Below, piece after piece: positions 56,574 through 64,000 of a DNA stretch of 64,000 bases; position 1 is the stretch's first letter, and every line of letters starts with the position of its first letter. The position numbers and the translations under genes were made by a program. The stretch comes from an uncultured virus (IMG/VR IMGVR_UViG_3300035183_000083). Lineage: Duplodnaviria > Heunggongvirae > Uroviricota > Caudoviricetes. The notes under the pieces were generated by a model. The model saw nothing but the letters and a program-made list of their open reading frames with translations, did not search any database and was not told the DNA's origin. The stretch is from the IMG/VR virus record IMGVR_UViG_3300035183_000083. The stretch is one strand, 5' to 3'.

Positions 56574-58064
56574 TTATAGGGATTTCTCTAGGAGTTTAAT
56601 AAGCTTTAAATAATCCTCAGCTGTGGCTGGTGATCCGCTGCTAAGGCTGGTATCGCTTGCTAGACCGGTGTGGCCCACGTGCCCACTGAACATATTTTGG
56701 GCTTGTACAACACCTTTACCACGTTCCCTATCCAGGAAGTGCAGGTATTTCTTCCTAGCTGCCTCTAACCCTTTATCTTTAACCGTATCAACGAAGTCCA
56801 GGCAATATCGAACCTCTTTGATATCCGCTCGTGTCCTTAGCTGCCCCATTATCAAGTGTGTATATTCCCTATTGGTTAGGGTTTGACGGGCTTCCTTTAG
56901 GAGTCTTGCATACTGATTCATCGCCAGCATGTTGTGGATGATTATCAATTTACGGATCATTTCCGTAGGTGCTAGGCCTAGCACATCCGCGTACTTGACT
57001 GTACGGCATACAGCACACTGACACGGCAGTATGCGTTCCATGTTGGCCGTTGAAGCCTTTTTGCCTATCGGCATGTGTACTAGCGGCTGTGTTATGTCTG
57101 CTTGGTAGTAGTAAAGCCTGTTAACTGCACATTGGATATGGTTCGTGCTATCACTGGTTATGTGAAGCCCTTGCTGGTCGGACATTGAGACTAGGATAGG
57201 TATGTGCGTCGTTTTGAACACGCCTAAGACATGGTACTGCTTATACGGTAGTCCATGGGTGATTATGTCGTACAGTGCATTAGCCATGGTTATAATGCCT
57301 TGTGCTTGTACACCACCAATAGCGCACCTGGTTACCTTAGGGTTCTCTACGATCTCCCTTAGCTCACGGCGTTCTTTGTTATTCCTACCGTGGAATATAT
57401 TTATTAGTTCTATGCCTTTGCTAGCTTTTAGCATCATTTCCGTCATTTTCTTTTGAACTATAGATGCTTTCTTCCTGACCACCGGGTCGTTAATGGTTGG
57501 TGTGGGTACATCCAGTACCATGCCAGCGTCAACATTTCGGTTGTAGAAGTCAATAAGCTCGTTAGGACTGATGGTTAGACCGTCCTTAACGTTTCGAGCC
57601 ATTTGTAGCCCACCTGAGTCAGACAATACTGTTACCCTAGTCCTGTCTCCTTTCAGGCCCACACCTGCTCTAGTGTGTTCGCTAGTGTTTGAGTGGTGGG
57701 CGTAGTTGGTCATTATGTAGTCTAGACCAAAGGCCGTAGCTACGTTATCGTTGAACAGATTAAGGTCTAAGCATTCGTCGAATGCTTCACCAATTGGCCT
57801 AATAGATTCTAACTGGTCGTTGTGCCTCACAACTAATAAGTCTCTGTCAGGACAGGCTAAGAAGATGTGGTTCTTCCCAGTCTCCACTACCTCCATCTTT
57901 CGTCTAAACTTCCGATGCCGTGTGTAGATGCAAATGTTGCCAAGGTTCTTATATACCGTACCTGCCGGTACAAATGAATACCCCTGCTTTTGGCTTTGGT
58001 CTACCTGTTGGTTGACCTTCTTATGTTGATCTTTGTTTTGTGATGCCTTTCTTTTTGTAGTCAT
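56574..58064 (-). CDS. tRNA-guanine transglycosylase / DpdA-like base-exchange enzyme
   Basis: LSDSGGLQM, MVLDVP, AIGG, YHVLGV, TSDST, zinc site CQCAVC...HN. Confidence 0.88.
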   Translation of the reverse strand: MTTKRKASQNKDQHKKVNQQVDQSQKQGYSFVPAGTVYKNLGNICIYTRHRKFRRKMEVVETGKNHIFLACPDRDLLVVRHNDQLESIRPIGEAFDECLDLNLFNDNVATAFGLDYIMTNYAHHSNTSEHTRAGVGLKGDRTRVTVLSDSGGLQMARNVKDGLTISPNELIDFYNRNVDAGMVLDVPTPTINDPVVRKKASIVQKKMTEMMLKASKGIELINIFHGRNNKERRELREIVENPKVTRCAIGGVQAQGIITMANALYDIITHGLPYKQYHVLGVFKTTHIPILVSMSDQQGLHITSDSTNHIQCAVNRLYYYQADITQPLVHMPIGKKASTANMERILPCQCAVCRTVKYADVLGLAPTEMIRKLIIIHNMLAMNQYARLLKEARQTLTNREYTHLIMGQLRTRADIKEVRYCLDFVDTVKDKGLEAARKKYLHFLDRERGKGVVQAQNMFSGHVGHTGLASDTSLSSGSPATAEDYLKLIKLLEKSL

Positions 58065-58944
58065 TCCAAGCGTCCTCTAATGTAGCCCGTAATAAAGATT
58101 GGTTAAAGCATACCCCATTATGTGCTAACGGGCACCTGCTGAGACTATCTTCGTACTCAGCCTCATAATCCGCATGTGTCTTGCACGGCTTCCTATCAAC
58201 CAATAACTTGATGTTCTTAGCCGTCAGGTCCCTAGCTAAGTGGAATTGTTCGTCATAGCTCTTAATCTTTCTTAACAGTTTCCTTTTCTCATCCGAACTT
58301 AGGGTTTCCCCTACAGGTAGTGCTATGCTAGGGGTGTCTCTCGACACATATAGGAGAATCCATCCAGCTATCTTTATCTTGATTCCAAGCTCCGCCTTTA
58401 GCTGTCTCTCAACTAACGGACAGTAAGCCTTAATCTGGGCAACGTTTTTCTTGTAAGGTAAGGTCTTTTTTGTCCTTTGACCGTAGATAATCCTAGTGGA
58501 GCAGGTCTTATAGTCTATCACATAAAACTTACCTGTCTTAGACCTAAAGATGCCATCAAGGTGACCAGAGACCTCCTTAAAGGCCTGGACCTCTATCTCC
58601 GTGTACTTCATTTGAGACTTACACTTAGGGCACTTACTCTTACACGAAAACTTGACGGTATTCCGACACCTTGGGTTCAGGCACTTCCAGTTGCCATATA
58701 TCTGTCCACTCATTCCCATATGGCGTTGTAGAAGGTCATGGGTGACTGTCCCAACAGAGGTGTAATAAACAGAGCCGAAGTCTTCTAATTGGTGCCCTTG
58801 TGGCGTGATCTTTTTAAAGGCGTGCCTCAACCCACAATACGGAAAGCCAGATACCCGTAGCTGCTCCTTCCTAGGCTCTACGAATACCCCGTTCAGTAGG
58901 CTGCGGCTGTAATAGGACTTGAATTCTCTAAGTATGTCTTCCAT
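58021..58944 (-). CDS. Cas4-like PD-(D/E)xK exonuclease with inserted zinc ribbon
   Basis: FPYC, GTVTH, SGHLDG..VIDYKT, QIKAY, C-terminal C..CPL..C. Confidence 0.82.
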   Translation of the reverse strand: MEDILREFKSYYSRSLLNGVFVEPRKEQLRVSGFPYCGLRHAFKKITPQGHQLEDFGSVYYTSVGTVTHDLLQRHMGMSGQIYGNWKCLNPRCRNTVKFSCKSKCPKCKSQMKYTEIEVQAFKEVSGHLDGIFRSKTGKFYVIDYKTCSTRIIYGQRTKKTLPYKKNVAQIKAYCPLVERQLKAELGIKIKIAGWILLYVSRDTPSIALPVGETLSSDEKRKLLRKIKSYDEQFHLARDLTAKNIKLLVDRKPCKTHADYEAEYEDSLSRCPLAHNGVCFNQSLLRATLEDAWNDYKKKGITKQRST

Positions 58945-59035
58945 ATGGGTTTACTGTAAAAGTATAGTGAAGATTTATAGTCCTAAATTAGGTAGGGCAT
59001 GCCATCGGAACTACCTAGGTTGAAGTAATTTAAGT

Positions 59036-59569
59036 ATGAATCAACCACAAACGTCGGTGACCACTATGCACGCCTATATCGCCCTTAGTTCAGTTTCTTT
59101 CGACCTTTATCATGGGTCTCCTAGAAGGACTGAATTCGATGCCTTTAAAACCACGTTCTTTACCCAAGACCTTAGTGTTGCTCGGCAATACGCTAAGGGC
59201 CAAACTTTTAAAGTAGGTGGTCCTACAAAGGTTGATACACCTAGGGTGTACTCTGTGAAAGTAACAGTAACAAAAGCCTTTGATATGCGAGGGCTTCCGC
59301 ATAAAGACCTGTATGAGTCCTTACGGGAAAAGTACAAGGAGCACCCTTTGTTTGAAGACGACCCGCTTCCCAAGTTATCTAGCCAAGGGTTTATTAGTAG
59401 TCACTCAGGTTTACCCACCTACAGTCATGTACAGCAATTCAAGACGCTATTCCAGCTAGAGAAATTACCATACGACAGCATGTGGGTTGATGAAGGCTCA
59501 CAAGGTATTTCTTTAGCCGTCTTTGATCCTAGGGGTAAGGTTGAGGTGTTAGGCACAACGTACATTTAG
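59036..59569 (+). CDS. Possible ADP-ribosyltransferase-fold protein
   Basis: LYHGS...FFTQDLSVARQYA...YDS...AVFDP pattern. Confidence 0.6.
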   Translation: MNQPQTSVTTMHAYIALSSVSFDLYHGSPRRTEFDAFKTTFFTQDLSVARQYAKGQTFKVGGPTKVDTPRVYSVKVTVTKAFDMRGLPHKDLYESLREKYKEHPLFEDDPLPKLSSQGFISSHSGLPTYSHVQQFKTLFQLEKLPYDSMWVDEGSQGISLAVFDPRGKVEVLGTTYI

Positions 59570-59581
59570 ATAGGAGTAGGT

Positions 59582-60685
59582 ATGGCGAAGAAGCAAGCGC
59601 AAGCAGCCGAGGCTAATAACAGCAGCAACAGAGGTGAGTCAAATGGTGATAAAGGACATGATAACTTCGACATCATTATGGAGGAGATCGAGAAGTTACC
59701 TGGGCCTAAGAAGTCTACTGCGACCTCTATCCTAGCGCAGTGTGTTTTTCACGATGACCCTTCACCGTCTATGGGTATATATGTCCTGGTAGATGGTGAC
59801 ATCCCGTTAGGGTGGTTCAATTGCTTCGGCTGTGGTGAGAAAGGTCCCTGGAATAAGCTCGCAGAGCAAGCAGGCTTAGAGAAGATCAAGGAATGGAATA
59901 CGTCAGCCACTCCTTACAACATAGTCAACAAGGCTGTAGATGACGCTTTATTAGGTGAACCGGAAGGGGACTTTAAGGTTTTGCTAAGGAAGCTGAAAAA
60001 GTCAGAAGCACACCCTTGGCCAGAGTCGCTAGATTGGCGTGGTTACCCAGGAAAGCTGGTACGTAAGATAGGCGGTCACATTGTCAATGAAGATGATAGA
60101 ATAACCAAAAGCGGGGCTAGAATCTCAGGTACAGTAAGTGTGTTGTTCCCTATCAAAATGGAGGGTAAGGTACGCGGTGCTGTTACCGCTATTTACGAGA
60201 AGCAATACAAAGGTCAGGTCGCTTACTGGACTAGCCAAGGCTCTTGGGTTAAGAACTACGGTTTATTCCCCTATTCTTACGTGAAAAACCTTATTGGTAA
60301 GAAAAAGCTGAACTTTGTAGTTCTGGTAGAGGGACCTAGAGACAGCTTGCGTTTAATAAACAACGGAATACCTGCTTTAGCGATATTGGGTGCTAACAAT
60401 TTTAGCGCCACGAAGGCGTTGTTCGTAGAATCCTTAGACGTGGAGTTTGTGTATGTGATGACGGACAACGACACAGGTGGGGCCACTATGTGGAAAGCCA
60501 TAAAGAAAGTCTTAGGTAATAGCGGTCTGCACTTGAAACGGATAAAGCTACCTACTGAGGAGGATAAACACGGAGACCTTATAAAGATGGATCCAGATAA
60601 CATGCCTAAAAAGATACTAAGGCAGTTTGTTACGTTTTTGGAGGCTGAAAATGGCTTTGTCTTTACTAAAGAAAAATTGGTCTAA
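59582..60685 (+). CDS. dnaG: DnaG-like primase (CHC2 zinc finger plus TOPRIM)
   Basis: CVFHDDPSPSM..FNCFGCG; LVEGPRD; MTDNDTGG; KMDP. Confidence 0.88.
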   Translation: MAKKQAQAAEANNSSNRGESNGDKGHDNFDIIMEEIEKLPGPKKSTATSILAQCVFHDDPSPSMGIYVLVDGDIPLGWFNCFGCGEKGPWNKLAEQAGLEKIKEWNTSATPYNIVNKAVDDALLGEPEGDFKVLLRKLKKSEAHPWPESLDWRGYPGKLVRKIGGHIVNEDDRITKSGARISGTVSVLFPIKMEGKVRGAVTAIYEKQYKGQVAYWTSQGSWVKNYGLFPYSYVKNLIGKKKLNFVVLVEGPRDSLRLINNGIPALAILGANNFSATKALFVESLDVEFVYVMTDNDTGGATMWKAIKKVLGNSGLHLKRIKLPTEEDKHGDLIKMDPDNMPKKILRQFVTFLEAENGFVFTKEKLV

Positions 60686-61322
60686 AGTTCCCTTAATAGA
60701 CAACGGTTACCACTTAGAAATATTGGAAACGGTAGCCCAATTGGTTAAGACGGAAGGCGTAACGGTATATCCGAAACGCTCGAACGTGTTTAAAGCGTTG
60801 GAACTTACGTCATTCAAGCAAACCAAGGTAGTCATATTGGGTCAGGATCCATATCATGGGGAAGGACAAGCTCAAGGGATGGCTTTTTCGGTACCATCGG
60901 GCTTCCCTATCCCACCCTCCCTGTTCAACATCTTCAAAGAGGTGAATCGTGATGTCTACAAAGGTAAGAAGGATATCTTTGAGTCAGACTTGACCAGATG
61001 GGCGACCCAAGGTGTACTATTGCTAAATACCCATCTTACGGTAGAAGATGGGAAGCCTGGATCACATTATGCTTTAGGGTGGGCAGACCTTACGGATTCT
61101 ATAATAGAAACTTTGAGTACTAAGCGACAGCATATAGTCTTTATGCTGTGGGGACGTGAAGCCCGGGCTAAAGCTAGACTTATTGACGACCAAAAGCATT
61201 TGGTGTTAGAGACGACTCATCCATCACCGTTGTCCGTGTATCGTGGCTTCTATGGATGCAGTCATTTTGGGATAGCAAATGAATACCTGAAGGCTAACGG
61301 TAAGCAGAAGATTATCTGGTAG
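60651..61322 (+). CDS. ung: Uracil-DNA glycosylase, family 1
   Basis: KVVILGQDPYH, PPSLFNI, QGVLLLN, VFMLWG, HPSPLS. Confidence 0.96.
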   Translation: MALSLLKKNWSKVPLIDNGYHLEILETVAQLVKTEGVTVYPKRSNVFKALELTSFKQTKVVILGQDPYHGEGQAQGMAFSVPSGFPIPPSLFNIFKEVNRDVYKGKKDIFESDLTRWATQGVLLLNTHLTVEDGKPGSHYALGWADLTDSIIETLSTKRQHIVFMLWGREARAKARLIDDQKHLVLETTHPSPLSVYRGFYGCSHFGIANEYLKANGKQKIIW

Positions 61323-61365
61323 GTGCCATCCTTGGCAATCCCTGTCCTTACCCCACGTGACTACC

Positions 61366-61983
61366 TTACTTCATGGACATCAGCATTTCAGCGGCCATCG
61401 TCTTGACTTTGGCATGCTTGCTATTGCTGACCAGGTATTCCAAGTCATCGACGGTGAGATTGGTGATATTACCGGCCAACATCGTCGATGCTTGCCCTTC
61501 ATCCAGATCCGACTCAACCAAGTTGAGGACGAACAAGGACTCTTTTCTTGTCCGCAAGTCTTCACCAACATCCGGATGGCCATTGTGATTCCGATGTAGG
61601 TCGTCAACCACATTGTCCAAGTTCTGCTGGTAGTTGTAAATACGCCGCTCCTCCGCTCTGGCTTCTTGGTTATCCAGGGCGCTAAGAGCGTCTTCTTCCT
61701 TGATTAGTTTAATAATGCCTTTGGTGACCATTCGACGGAAGTTCTGACTGGACAGAATGGACGCTTTGGGTGCCACAGTCGTTACGTCAATTGGAATGGG
61801 GGTGACCGGGATGGTAAGTACGATTTCCTTACCACCGTTAGCTCCGTCAACACTAATGTTGACTACACCCTTCGGTTCAGACGAGTTAACCACCCATACC
61901 GAGGTGGACGAGTCCTTCTCCGCGTCGGCTACGCGCAGAGCTTGGGCTTTTTTCAAAATGGTTACGGTTTTGATTAAGGACAT
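61366..61983 (-). CDS. Hypothetical protein
   Basis: GGAG SD, 205 aa. Confidence 0.75.
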   Translation of the reverse strand: MSLIKTVTILKKAQALRVADAEKDSSTSVWVVNSSEPKGVVNISVDGANGGKEIVLTIPVTPIPIDVTTVAPKASILSSQNFRRMVTKGIIKLIKEEDALSALDNQEARAEERRIYNYQQNLDNVVDDLHRNHNGHPDVGEDLRTRKESLFVLNLVESDLDEGQASTMLAGNITNLTVDDLEYLVSNSKHAKVKTMAAEMLMSMK

Positions 61984-62812
61984 GGCGTTTCTCCGGTTTC
62001 TTTTTGGCCTTTATGGCCGGTGATAGTTGATGTGATAGATTACCCTTCTTGGCTTTAGGAGCTGTAGGATCTTCCTTATGAGGCTGGTATGAAGCCTCTT
62101 GCTTTCGCTTTCGCTTCTGTTTGTGCCGATGCTGCTGTTGCTCCTCTTTTTGCTTTAGTGGTTGTTCAGATAAGCCGGTAATGTCAGTAGTTTCAGTCTT
62201 ACCTTCTACTACCGTTTGAGTTTCAGCCTTTGACTCTGCCACTTTAGTCAGCTTGGGTTTAGAACGGGACTCCTTAAATTCTGCTTTTACCACCCCCAAT
62301 AGCTTGTTGAATTTCTTTTGGGTAAGACCCAAAAGCTCTCTAAGACTTATTTCACTGCAAGTGCCTGTGTGCTTGACCAAAAACCTTTTATAGACCTTGG
62401 CCTTGAATAAGAAGGGTAACATCCAAGTCTCAAACCCAATCTCAGGCACAGTCAACGGGTAGTTATTGACCAACCGGACTAACCGGCGATGCTTTGGATT
62501 GTTACCATCCTTGGGCTTGTACTCTTGCTTAATGAACTCAATGTACTTATACAAGGTCAATATGGCCTTGACGCTAGCCATTGCTTCCTTTCTTTTTAAA
62601 GAAACCATCCGTGTTGTTATCCCTTTATCGAACTTAAAATAGTGTAACTCTGCATCAGTTATAGCCTTCCCGTTGCAGTCGGGAGTTCTATCTAATTCTA
62701 AGCACTTCCTTTGCGTCTTATTATTGTGGCTTTTGCAACTTGTTATAGGACAGGGCCCTTTAAACAAAAAATTTTTATTGTACACGCATTGATTAAGTTT
62801 ATCCGATGACAT
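61886..62812 (-). CDS. Hypothetical basic protein with N-terminal Cys cluster
   Basis: C...CPITSC...C; low-complexity tail overlaps the next gene by about 100 bp. Confidence 0.65.
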   Translation of the reverse strand: MSSDKLNQCVYNKNFLFKGPCPITSCKSHNNKTQRKCLELDRTPDCNGKAITDAELHYFKFDKGITTRMVSLKRKEAMASVKAILTLYKYIEFIKQEYKPKDGNNPKHRRLVRLVNNYPLTVPEIGFETWMLPFLFKAKVYKRFLVKHTGTCSEISLRELLGLTQKKFNKLLGVVKAEFKESRSKPKLTKVAESKAETQTVVEGKTETTDITGLSEQPLKQKEEQQQHRHKQKRKRKQEASYQPHKEDPTAPKAKKGNLSHQLSPAIKAKKKPEKRHVLNQNRNHFEKSPSSARSRRGEGLVHLGMGG

Positions 62813-63431
62813 GGCGCACCTTCCTGTTAATGACTTGACCCTGGTTGGTCCGGTTTATTTGCTTGGCTAAAGCCTCTTCGGCTTTCTCTACAGATGGATC
62901 AAAAAACGTAAAGGGTTTCTCACCCAACCACAAAGCTGCACTGTACAACCCGATACCCACTGAATCAACTTGATGCGGTGTACATTTCACCTTCTTATAG
63001 AAGGCTTCAAGGTCTGAGTGCCTATTCCACGCATTCTTCCATGTAGCAGAAGTCAGCAGTATAAACCTGTCCGATTTATCATGAAAGAAACCCATCGTTA
63101 AGCCAATCATAGAATTGACCAGTTCAATGTTGGTTCCTCCGTGTCCTCTGGACATGTAGCGCTCCATTACTACTGAATCTACTTGGTACTTGCGTCTTAG
63201 AGCCTTAAGCTCCTTTATAAAATTGGATGCCTGGATGGACATAGGGCCTTTTAAGGCTTTGACCGTATGCTTTAGGTCTCCCGAGGCAATTACTCGAAAA
63301 GTAAACGGCTTGCGTACCTTCAAGATAGCCCATGCAAAATTCGCTATACCTGGATCCATCGCTAGTATGGTAATTGACCTAGCATGTTGGCTAGCCTTGG
63401 TTTTCATGTATCTAATCCTTGGACGTTTCAT
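62799..63431 (-). CDS. ruvC: RuvC-like Holliday junction resolvase
   Basis: ILAMDPGIANFAW, VVMERY, ATWK, HQVDS; GAGG SD before ATG 63431. Confidence 0.8.
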   Translation of the reverse strand: MKRPRIRYMKTKASQHARSITILAMDPGIANFAWAILKVRKPFTFRVIASGDLKHTVKALKGPMSIQASNFIKELKALRRKYQVDSVVMERYMSRGHGGTNIELVNSMIGLTMGFFHDKSDRFILLTSATWKNAWNRHSDLEAFYKKVKCTPHQVDSVGIGLYSAALWLGEKPFTFFDPSVEKAEEALAKQINRTNQGQVINRKVRHVIG

Positions 63432-63568
63432 TGATAACCTCAAATTAGCTAAGAACGGGTTGTTTTAGAAATGTTTTTACCTATCAACAAAGATTTACAT
63501 TTATCAAGTAATTTTATAGGTAAAATGCTAACTGTTAAGGCCAGCCCAATAAACCTAGAAGGTCGTAT

Positions 63569-64000
63569 ATGAAACGCGGATCAGGTAACATCAAGGCAGT
63601 ATACGCCAAAAACTTTACGTCCAAACAAGCACAGGCTAGAATGGACGCAACTATTAAACCTATGCAACGGCAAGGGTTGAATGCGCTAGCCGTGGACAGC
63701 TATCCTGTCCTGTATTACCAGAATACTATGAGTACCCTGGTTTGTACGTGCCAGCAAACGGAATTGACTGAGGGACTATCCCAAATTTCTACCGAAATGC
63801 CGCCTAATGCGATTGACCAAGAGTCAGAAGTCGGGTCCATTATCAGCATTGACCATTCCAGACCACTGTTCGGCTTTAGGTCTGACATGCCTGACCCAGT
63901 TACACCTGTTCCAGACATGGACTTTACCATAGATGAACACCATTCTAATACCACTCATATGGACGTAGTGGATAGCTTGTTCCAAGCTAGTACGGACTGC
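63569..64000 (+). CDS. Partial ORF running off the right edge, possibly virion-related
   Basis: Not in the ORF track. ATG 63569 with AAGG SD, open for 144 codons (MKRGSGNIKAVYAKNF...LVCTC...). Confidence 0.75.
   Translation, partial: MKRGSGNIKAVYAKNFTSKQAQARMDATIKPMQRQGLNALAVDSYPVLYYQNTMSTLVCTCQQTELTEGLSQISTEMPPNAIDQESEVGSIISIDHSRPLFGFRSDMPDPVTPVPDMDFTIDEHHSNTTHMDVVDSLFQASTDC

Noticed and set aside
58021..58944. CRISPR-Cas system suggested by the Cas4-like gene
   Set aside because: No repeat-spacer array and no other cas genes; solo Cas4-like nucleases are common in phages.
1..64000. Stop-codon reassignment
   Set aside because: Long conserved genes are intact in the standard code and all three stops are used at aligned gene ends; the few in-frame stops are better explained as errors.

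Overview
A 64-kb segment of a large (jumbo-type) tailed dsDNA phage, mostly encoded on the minus strand. The csrA gene, perfect sigma70 promoters and an IHF consensus site suggest a proteobacterial host. The window contains four groups of genes. (i) Replication, recombination and nucleotide metabolism: SbcC/SbcD-like nuclease pair, DnaX-like clamp loader, RecA-like protein, SSB candidate, 5'-3' exonuclease, primase, UDG, RuvC-like and Cas4-like nucleases, Tmk, ThyX. (ii) Regulators: a phage sigma factor, CsrA, a PC4-like protein. (iii) A host-recognition module: five tandem paralogs converging on a 1611-aa spike/tail-fibre chimera. (iv) An early region of small genes driven by sigma70 promoters. 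There is also a 1.3-kb non-coding repeat region. The most notable locus (51798-58064) is a six-gene cluster: a TGT/DpdA-like base-exchange enzyme, two GT-B glycosyltransferases, a PP-loop (PAPS-reductase-like) enzyme, a PIG-L deacetylase/QueD-like fusion and a QueE-like protein lacking the radical-SAM motif. It is a candidate pathway for a sugar-decorated deazaguanine-type base. Several genes are broken at short homopolymers, most likely by sequencing error. All protein calls come from motif recognition by eye; no database search was run.
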